From NCBI RefSeq assembly GCF_001194135.2, contig NC_069007.1, positions 11,987,676 through 12,051,675 on the forward strand: 64,000 nt of DNA, given 5' to 3'. This DNA comes from Octopus bimaculoides (Eukaryota). The stretch's first letter is position 1; the number at the start of each line of letters is the position of its first letter. The notes under the pieces were generated by a model. The model was not told where the DNA came from, did no database searches, and worked only from the letters and a program-made list of their open reading frames with translations. This document shows positions 54,578 to 64,000 of the stretch, one piece after another. The position numbers and the translations under genes are program-made.

Positions 54578-54850
54578 TTGTGGTCAGTGTAAAAGGTGAT
54601 AGTAATAGTACCAATAACTGTCGGAGCCCTCAGAACAGTGAGTAAAAATCTTGAGAAGTACATGGAACAAATAGGGGCTGCAATAAGGGTGGAGCACTTG
54701 CAGAAAACAGCACTGGTTGGAACTGCTCAGATACTCCAGATGGTACTTGAAAAATAAGGGGTGTTACCGTAGTTCACTGGTAGTGAACAGCTGACACCGT
54801 AGTACATCTCCACCGTTAGACGTTGTGCAAAGACAATAAAGTAATGATAA
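54578..54850 (+). mobile_element. Dong/R4-like (RLE) non-LTR retrotransposon 3' end in (TAA)n
   Basis: 54578-54757 translates LWSV*KVIVIVPITVGALRTVSKNLEKYMEQIGAAIRVEHLQKTALVGTAQILQMVLEK*, which is a typical RLE C-terminus. It is followed by a short UTR and has (AAT)n tracts on both sides. Confidence 0.8.
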
Positions 54851-55444
54851 TAACAATAATGGTAATTATTATTATTATTATTTTTTGCTACAAGGGCTCA
54901 AATGTGTACAAAAAACACAAATCTTTCACTAAAGGTTACAGAGAAAGAAAAAACATGATGGTTGAGAAACACATTTAGAAATTATAAAGTGAGTGGGGGA
55001 GAAATGTTATAAAATTTATGGAAGGATGTACATCGAAAACTTTAAAGATGTGCACACACATATATATAAGTATGTATATATATATATAAAGGTACAAACA
55101 CACACACATAAAAAGCATCCAGTTCACACTGTAAAGTGGCTGGCATTTGGAAGGGCATCCAGCTATTAAAATCATGCCAAAAACTAACCTAGTGCCATGT
55201 AAAAAGCACTGAGTTTACTCTGCAGAGTGGTTTGTGTTTGCAAGGGCAAACAGCTGCGAAAAACCCTGCCAAAATAGATTGAATAGCATAGGGTAGTTTT
55301 TCTACCTGACCAGTTCCTGTCAACCAATCCTACCCATGCATGCATGGAAGACAAGCATTAAACAATGATGATGATGATGATGATGATTATATATACACAT
55401 ACTTACATACATATATATAAACATGCATAGATACATCATAGCAC

Positions 55445-55808
55445 TCCATTGGTTACGACGACGAGGGTTCCAGTTGATCTGATCAACGGAACAACCTGCT
55501 CGTGAAATTAATGTGCAAGTGGCTGAGCACTCCACAGACACGTGTACCCTTAATGTAGTTCCTGGGGAGATTCAGTGTGACACAGAGTGTGACAAGGCTG
55601 GCCCTTTGAATTACAGATACAACAGAAAGAGTGAGAGAAATTTGTGGTGAAAGATTACAGCAGGGTTTGCCACCACCCACTGCTGGAGCCTTGTGGAGCT
55701 TTAGGTATTTTTGCTGAATAAACACTCACAACGCTCAATCTAGGAATTGAAACCGCGATCCTACGACTACAAGCCCGCTGCCCTAATCACTGGGCCATTG
55801 CGCCTCCA
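55445..55808 (-). mobile_element. tRNA-derived SINE, family F
   Basis: Reverse head GGAGGCGCAATGGCCCAGTGATTAGGG..GCGGTTTCAATTCC. The 3' module is shared with 46075 and about 32730. Confidence 0.85.
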
Positions 55809-56199
55809 CATACACACAAATACATATACAACACACACATTTGCATGCATATATGCACATGTTTGCATGGAAATAAAAATGTACAATAAAATACTCAATA
55901 ATTAGAATGAAATAAGATTTAAAGAAATACGATCTGAAGGATTTTCTGGGTAAGTTGAGCTGGGTACTGCACAAACCTATTCGGTTAACCATTTCTCAAA
56001 TTGTATTTGAGTGCAACTGAATGCACCAGTGAGCATTTTTAGAAAAACATTTGATATTGGAAGACACCAGTGTCTTGAAGGTTTTCTTTTTTAAGTTCAG
56101 TACAATATTTTTTTAAATTTTACTAGTTTTCTATCTTTTGCATGTTGTTTATATTCTGAACCTGTTTCATGACATGACTTCTTCAGAGCATTTGTGGGA

Positions 56200-57005
56200 T
56201 CATTGATGCATAATTTTCTCCATTCTGTTTCTTTGATTCTCAAAGAATTGTGAATCTTCATTCATATTTGTCCTTGGTGTTTTCTTCATTATCTTCCTGA
56301 GAAGAGACTTCCCTGTCATTGAAAAGAAATTGGTTCTCTTCACCTGTTCTTGTTGTTTTATGTTGACTTCATTTTTTTCTTTGACTTTCACCTCTTTTTA
56401 TTCTTTCATATTTTCCCCTGTAATTATTATTCCTTCTTCAACACACGATGGAAGTCTGATACTACAGGTTGGTACTCTTAGAGGATAAAGTATTTATTCA
56501 TCTGTTTGTAATACTGGGCCTAAAACTAGTTCCTTCACTCTTTCCTCCCCAGACTTTTGGCAGATGTTGCCCTGGAAACTGGTGCTTGTTTTTCTTTTTG
56601 TTTTTGTTGTCCTCTTCTTCAGGACACTCACCTCTCAGGTGTGTTTTGCTCCAACAAACATAACAACAAAACTCTCAACCCTGCATTATCAAACCTATCC
56701 CCTTTGTCTCCACACTTCTACTGGACACATTTCTGGTATTGCTCCATGACCTTTGGAGGTCATTAGGATTTGCAATTCCATTTTGATGTCCCCTGATCAT
56801 ATGTTACTTTTCCTTAACCTCACTTTGACCATTTTCCCATGCTGCAACACAGAACTCACCACTAACCATGGGTCCACATCATGTCTAATATCTCTTCATG
56901 TGACTCTTGTGTTCCTTTGACCCATGTAGTGGGGTACAAATGTAGAGTCAGAGGGTAGGTCGGACAATTTCATGCTGTCTTTAGGTTTCATATCCAGTTT
57001 TACAT
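56200..57005 (-). pseudogene. Decayed retroelement ORF1/Gag-like sequence with a CCHC zinc knuckle
   Basis: Translates FVPHYMGQRNTRVT*RDIRHDVDPWLVVSSVLQHG..*SGDIKMELQILM..IPE/..IMQG*EFCCYVCWSKTHLRGECPEEE. The CX2CX4HX4C motif is at 56624-56665, followed by a K/E-rich tail. Confidence 0.7.
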
Positions 57006-57019
57006 CTACAATACATAAT

Positions 57020-58020
57020 CCTTTTCTATTCTAGGCACAAGGCTTGAAATTTGCAGGAGGGGGATAGTAAATTAGATTGACCCCAGTATGCAACTGGTAC
57101 TTAATTTATCGACCTCAAAAGGATGAAAAGCAAAATTGACCTTGGCGGAATTTGAACTCAGAGCGTAGTAAAAGATGAAATACCGCTAAGCATTTCGCCC
57201 AGCGTGCTAACGATTCTGCCAGCTCGCTGCCTTAAGCTACAATACATAATTCTATAACTTTTACTTTTCATTTATACTAAATGGATGACAGGCAAAGTCA
57301 CTCCTTGTGGGATTTGAACCCAGATGCTTTATTATTCTGGCACAAGGCCAGCAATTTCAGGGCAGGGATAGGTCAAGTAGATTGACCCCAAAAGGATGAA
57401 ATGCAAAGTTGACTGGCAGGATTTGAACTCAGAATGTAAAGACAGACAAATTGCAGCTAAGTGTTTTGCCCATCATGCTAACAATTCTATTCTATCCTAA
57501 GCACAAAGCCTGAAATTTTGGGGGAGGGAGGGCAGTTGATTATATCGACCCCCAGTACGCAACTAGTACTTAATTTATTGATCTCAAAAGGATGGAAGGC
57601 AAAGTCGACCTCGGCAGAATTTGAACTCAGAACGCAAAGACAGACAAAATACCGCTAAGCATTTCACCCAGCATGCTAACGATTCTGCCAGCTCACTGCT
57701 CTAATAATAGCAATAATAATAATCCATTCTACTATAGGCACAAGGCCTGAAATTTGGGTGGGGGGAGGGGCCANNNNNNNNNNATAATAGCAATAATAAT
57801 AATCCATTCTACTATAGGCACAAGGCCTGAAATTTGGGTGGGGGGAGGGGCCAGTCGATTAGATCAATTCCAGTATACAACTGGTACTTAATTTATCGAG
57901 CCCAAAAGGATGAAAGCCAAAGTTGACCTTGGCAGAATTTGAACTCAGAACGTAAAGACAGACAAAATACCGCTGAGCATTTCGTCCCATGTGCTTATGT
58001 TTCTGCCAGTTTGTCGCCTT
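57020..58020 (-). mobile_element. Tandem cluster of about five family A SINEs
   Basis: The first copy (57020-57236) has a 14-bp TSD CTACAATACATAAT at 57006-57019 and 57237-57250. Further copies lie at about 57310, 57490 and 57795. Confidence 0.9.
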
Positions 58021-59049
58021 CCTATGACCAAATAATTTCAAAGTTATTTAACCCGTATTCTAACGAATCTGACAATTTTACACCTGAAATAATTATTTCT
58101 GATTTAAGCTAGAAGTTTGTATCAGGGGATTATGTTGACCCCAATATTTAACTAGCATTTTATTTTATTGACCCTCAGAAGGTTCAAAAGTGATGTTTAT
58201 ACTACATGTACAGTCCTACATCACACTACTATCACCATTACCACTACTGCACGGCACCATACACTATTCATCAAACATATGTGTACAGTTACAGTCTCAT
58301 GACTCCAACAGTCAAGGAAGCATCTATGTGGTCACCCAATCTGCTAGAAATAGCAGCTAAATCTCAAATCACATCTTCAACATCTTGGAATTCTTGGATA
58401 ATATTGTTGTGTGTTCTCTGTAAATATGTGAAAAAAGACAGGTTAGTCATGGTTGGACAAGCTTTTTGATCATAGATCTGTACAATCAGTACTGACTACA
58501 ACACTATCACACCAACATCATATGCTTGTCATATCACACTATCACATACACATTACACCACTACCTTACCATACTGCTACTATATCCCCAACAATACCAC
58601 AACCACACTATGCATTACTCTATACTACATCTAGCCACCCCTTTGCCATCACCACACACTGCAACAAACCACACAACGCTACCACCTGGCAGTACTGCAA
58701 ATCCACATTGTACCACTTCACTATCTTACAGTACTGCTACATGCACACCACAGCACATCATAACTGCACCATCGCCACCCCTGCATGCTGCATCAAACTG
58801 CACCACCCCCATCACCCCCATCACTTACCAATCATATTTTATCTGATGTGCATCAATTAAATCACCAGTGCACATTAAATGCACCACCTCTCTCTTCTCT
58901 GCACCTGATGCAGCTGCTACCATTTCTTGCACCATAGAAGTGCACTTAGAACTGTATACATATGCATGCATATATTTGTTTACAGTTATATGTATGTGCA
59001 TGCATAGTATTTTTGTGTGTGTATAGATAAGTCTGCACATAGATACATG

Positions 59050-59870
59050 CGTGTGTATATTTAGATGTGTGTGTGTGTGTGTAAATTTAGATGCATGTGT
59101 AGTTAGATATATGTGTATGTTTGTAGGTGTGTGTGTCTATGAATGTATGTGTGTTTACATCAATGTGTGTGTACATATGTGTGTGTGTATTCATAGCTGT
59201 ATGTATGTTTACATCAAGGTGTGTGTGTGTGTACACATGTGTGTGCATATTTAGATATATGTGTGTGTGTTCATAGATGTATGTGTTTACATCAATGTAT
59301 ACGTCTGTGTGTGTGTATGTGTGTACATATATGTGTGTGTATATTTAGATATGTGTGTATTCATAGATGTATGTGTATTCACATCAATATGCATGTGTGT
59401 ATGTGTGTGTATAGGTGCACATATGTTTATGTATTTGAATGTGTGCATATGTTGTGGATGTAGAAACAAACATGCAGATGCACACGTGTGTGTGTATTTG
59501 CATGTACATGTACGCATACACGTGTTTACTTATACATGTGTATATACATTTCTATGTATGTGTATTAGGNNNNNNNNNNATATATATATAAGTGTGTATT
59601 TAGATATGTGCGTGTTCATAAATATATATATGTGTACCTCTATGTACATATATATGTGTGTGTGTGTGTGTGCATGCATGTGTGTATGTGTGTGTATAGG
59701 TGCACATATGTTTATGTATTTGAATGTGTGCATATGTTGTGGATGTAGAAACAAACATGCAGATGCACACGTGTGTGTGTATTTGCATGTACATGTACGC
59801 ATACACGTGTTTACTTATACATGTGTATATACATTTCTATGTATGTGTATTAGGATGTGTTGTGTGTGTG
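59050..59870. repeat. TG-derived degenerate minisatellite
   Basis: Recurrent TATTTAGAT..TTCATAGATGTATGTGTTTACATCAA units. Confidence 0.8.
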
Positions 59871-59973
59871 TGTGTGTGTGTGTGGCAGTATATAAGCTGC
59901 ATTGTGCACCAAGGAGATAAAACACCAATGCATGACTGCAACTGCACAGTTTAATGTAGAATCGAAGAGACAC

Positions 59974-60040
59974 AAAGACAGAAGGCGGGGAGAGAGAGAT
60001 GGCGGGGAGAGAGAGATGGCGGGGAGAGAGAGATGGCGGG
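59974..60040. repeat. 17-bp tandem repeat, about 3.5 copies
   Basis: GGCGGGGAGAGAGAGAT repeated. Confidence 0.9.
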
Positions 60041-60771
60041 AAAGGATTTATGTGGTATTAGAGTTGTTGTTGTTGTTGGTGTTGTTAGTGGTGGTAGTGT
60101 TGTGTAGCTCCTGGTCAGCAGACATGTGATCAAAGACATTCCAGCCATGACCATCCCATCTTTTTTTCCTATCTTTTATTTTTTTTGTTTTTTTACTTGT
60201 TTCGCACCACCACCATCCTTGCCATTACTGTCCTCCCTGTCACCACTGCCACCACCACCACCACATTACCATTGCCACCACTATCCCCACCACCCTCCTC
60301 AACCACGCCATCCCGACCAACACTCTACCTCCATCACTGTCCCTTGTAAAAAAGAACTATTAACAACAACAACACTGTTGTTTTAAGTCCAGAAAAACAT
60401 ACTCCCCAACCCCACTCCATCCAGTGTCCACACAAGAATTGCAGACCCCATCAATGGCATCCTTAATGAGACTCTTTGTTAGAATTACACACACACACAC
60501 ACATGCTGTTAAATGAAGTGGACCAGAACATAAAAATAACTGTGGCGCTCTGACAGACGTTTTATTTTGCTCCCTTCCGCCAGTGATTACCACCAGAAAC
60601 AAAACAAACAATGAGAAGCCACCAACATCATTAAGAGGATCTTTGTTCTAAATCTCCAATACATAACCCTTTCTATTATAGGCACAAGGCCTGAAATTTG
60701 GAGGAGTGGACTAGTTGATTACATCGACTCCAGTGTTTCACTGATAATTTATCCACCCCGATCCTCAGGAG

Positions 60772-61029
60772 CGTAAGTTCTCAAAGTGGGCGCTACTGCC
60801 CCCCCCCCCCGTGGGCATTGAGATGGTCCAGGTGAGAGCTGGTACCCAAGGGAGTGGTTCTGGGGGGAGGTAGAGGAAAAGGAGGCATTAGGAGGAAGGC
60901 AGTGGATTGGGGGACACTATGTATTTATATTATTATAGTATTGTATACAAATTATATAATACTATATTAAATATCAAATGATTCATAGTATGTATAAATT
61001 AGTAAAATATAAAAGTTTGAGAACCTCTG
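60772..61029. mobile_element. hAT (Charlie-like) MITE with 8-bp TSD
   Basis: TSD CTCAGGAG at 60764-60771 and 61030-61037. Termini are CGTAAGTTCTCAAA and TTTGAGAACCTCTG. Confidence 0.88.
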
Positions 61030-63234
61030 CTCAGGAGAATCATCACACTTACAAGCGTTGGGTAACTGAGATTCTTTCATTCGGTGTTTGGCACCAGCCG
61101 TCTTCTGGAGGGTCACATTGAAAAGAATCAACTCCAAGATGTCTTTCAACACGAGTATAGAATAAGACATGTTGTGGTGTTCGTTGTAGTTTTCTTCATT
61201 GTGAGTTCAAATCTTGCTGAAGTCAACTTTATCTTTTAAGCTTTCAGGTTTCTATAAAATAAAGTTACCAGCCCAGGGTGTATGACTGGTGGCTTGTTTG
61301 AGTATCAGACATGGTGTCTTGTGTATTGTGTTTTGTTTTGGCTTTTTGATTCCTGAAAGAAGTCAAAGAGGTGACGGAGGACAGAGATATGTAGTACATT
61401 GTTATACTCAAGAAGACCTGCCCACCACAACAGAATTGAGACCCTAGAACCAAGGTGCCACGTAAAAAGCATTAGTGTGGCTGCTGGTGTCATGTAAAAA
61501 GCACTGGTGATGGTAGCATGAATAAAGCACCCAGTACACTCTGTAAAGTGGTTGGCATTAGGAAGGGCAACCAGCTGTAGAAACCAAACCAAAGACAGAC
61601 TGTGGAACCTGATGTGGTCCCTGACCTTACCAGTACCTGTCAAGCTGTCAGCTCATGCCAGCATGGAAGGTGGATGTTAAATGGTGTTGATGGTGATGAT
61701 GATGATGAAATTCTTGGGCAGAAGGAAGTTGTTGTTATTGTTGTTGTTGGTGGTGGTGATGGTGATGGTTTTCCATGCTTGCTCGGGTCATATGGTGTTT
61801 ACTGAGGCAGATTTTTTACACCTGCAATGCCCTCCTCTCACCAGCTGGCGGCACCTTGGGTGTTTTTGATGCCAAATTCTCTATTGCAAAGGATTTGGGA
61901 CAGGTCCCTAGTTTGGGAATATTTTTCTTTCCTCCCCCCCCCCCTGTCAAGGATCTGAGATGCTGACCTTCCCGTGCCTGATGGAATCATTGGAATCTGA
62001 GGATAACTGTGCATGGTCCCTCAGCCTAGCATCCATGTCTCACTGAAACCACACCTTCACCGTGGGACCTTGGTCCAGAGATACAGCTGCATGGTCAACA
62101 AGTTTGTGAGGAAGTCCACTCACTATTACCTCCCTTCAGTTTGAGTGTCCACATCACATCTTCACTGCCTTCCCCCTCTCTCCACCTCTCTTTCTCTCCC
62201 TTCTGTCTCCTTCCTCTCTCTTTCTCTCTACCTCACTCCTTCCTCTTTCCTTCTCCCTCCCTCCTCTCTCCTTCCTCTCTTCCCTCTCTTTCTCTCTACC
62301 TCCCTCCTCTCCCCTTCCTCTCTCCTTCCACTCTCTTCCCTCTCTTTCTACTTCCCTCCTCACTCATACCTCTCTCTTTCCTCTCTCTTCATTTCTTCCT
62401 CTCTCTTCCCCCCTCTCTCTCTCTCCTCCTTTCCATCTCCTCTAAAGCAAACCCCTGCTTTCCCCCCACTGTCATACTCTAACCCCTCCTCACCTGCCGC
62501 AGAGCCACCTTCCTCAATACTATTCCTCCTCTAAGATGAGGGGTCAGGGAGATCCTTGTTTTGCAAGTTATCTGGTGACCTCACTGGTGTTGGTGCCACA
62601 TGAAAAGCATCCAGTACACTCTATAAAGGCATTAGGAAGTGCATCCAGCCATAGAAACCATATCAAAGCAGAGAGTAAAGTTTGGTACAGTCTTCTGACT
62701 CACCAGTTCCTGTCAGACTGTTTGACTCATATCAACTTGGCAGGAGGAAGTTGTTGGTGTTGTTGTTGTTGGTGATGATTTTCCAAGCTTGCTCGGGTCA
62801 TATGGTGTTTACTGAGGCAGATTTTCTACACCTGCAATGCCATTCCTGTCACCAACCCTTGATTCCAAGCAAGATAATATTTCCCCCATGGCCGGGCTTG
62901 TTCTCACAGAATATTGGAATTGAATGACACTGCTTGTATAACAGTGACTCTTATTTACAACTATCACATGATATGAAGACACGTATGTATGTGTACGTGT
63001 ATGTGCATGTTTGTGTGTGTGTGACACAATGCTGGATGTTTCCATTTCAGATTGAATCCAGTTTCCATTGTCCTTGTCAAATCAATTCCATTCCCAAGAA
63101 TTGACCAAAATCTGTGGAAAACAAAGACGCTTGTCTGAGGTGCTGTGCAATGGTATTGAACCTGAGATCTTATGATTGCCAAGCAAACTTCTTAAACACT
63201 TGGGTGCGTGTGTATCAATATATACACACATATA

Positions 63235-63445
63235 AGGCAGTGAGCTGTCAGAATCGTTAGCACACTGAACGAAATGCTTTGCAGCATTTCATATATCTTT
63301 AGTATTCTGAGTTCAAATTCCGCCAAAGTTGACTTCATCCTTTCATTCTTTCGGGGTTGATAAAATAAGTACCAGTTGAGTACTGGGGCTGATGGAAATG
63401 ACTTAATCCCTCAACCCCAAATTTCTGGTCTTCTACCAAAATTTC
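63235..63445 (+). mobile_element. Family A SINE
   Basis: AAGGCAGTGAGCTGTCAGAATCGTTAG..GAGTTCAAATTCCGCC..TTCGGGGTTGATAAAATAAGTACCAG. Confidence 0.85.
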
Positions 63446-63535
63446 AAACCAATATATATATAAATATACATAGGGATATATACACAAGTGATAATAGAGT
63501 GTCTATGAAAGAAGCAGGTACAGAAAATAAATGAT

Positions 63536-63593
<58 letters not shown>

Positions 63594-63929
63594 GAAGGGA
63601 AAAGAGGGGGAGAGAGAGAGACAGTGAAAGAAAGAGGGAGGGAAAAGGGTGAAAGAGAGAGTGAGAAACTATAAAGTGCAAAGCTGTTACCTGTGTCTAT
63701 CACTCACCAAACCAATATTACACCATGCACACCGCACTCATGTGTATGTGTGTGCCTGTGTCTATGTTTATGCGTATATATATTTATATATATATATATA
63801 TATATTTGTGTGTATGTGTATGCATGTGTGTGCGTATGCCTGGATTTGTGTGTGTGTTTGTGTGTGTGAGTGTATATGCTTATGCCTGAATCTGTGTCTG
63901 TATGCATATACACATACATACATACACAT

Positions 63930-64000
<71 letters not shown>

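Noticed and set aside
57703-57853. 70-bp exact duplication
   Set aside because: It flanks a 10-N gap and is a likely assembly artefact.
59383-59853. ~175-bp exact duplication
   Set aside because: It spans a 10-N gap inside a minisatellite and cannot be told apart from an assembly overlap.
1-64000. CRISPR-like arrays, rRNA or intact tRNA genes
   Set aside because: No constant-repeat/unique-spacer array and no rRNA signature. The tRNA-like sequences are SINE heads or the broken relic at 49.2 kb.

Overview
AT-rich eukaryotic DNA with about ten N-gaps and very dense microsatellites. The repeat content looks like an octopus/coleoid cephalopod genome; this is inferred from the SINE and LINE types, not verified. 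I found no convincing host protein-coding exon, rRNA, intact tRNA or CRISPR array. Nearly all ORFs in the supplied track are microsatellite or N-gap artefacts, or transposon fragments. Retroelements present: several tRNA-headed SINE families (my labels A, B and F), decayed RTE-clade LINE pieces including a ~2 kb RT fragment at 43.4-45.4 kb, many copies of the RTE 3' tail ending in (GAT)n (label C), a Dong/R4-like 3' end inside a (TAA)n tract, and a decayed zinc-knuckle ORF1-like sequence. DNA transposons present: Tc1/mariner relics, hAT MITEs and TTAA-bounded MITEs. The signals least explained by these annotations are a cryptic, highly diverged ~70-bp tandem array (39.2-41.0 kb) with LRR-like antisense translations, a minimal hammerhead-ribozyme-like motif (30035-30074, minus strand), a tRNA-His-like relic with a downstream T6 run (49232-49304, minus strand) and a ~370-bp foldback element (33.76-34.13 kb). 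Repeat boundaries were set by eye and are approximate unless a target-site duplication (TSD) is quoted.
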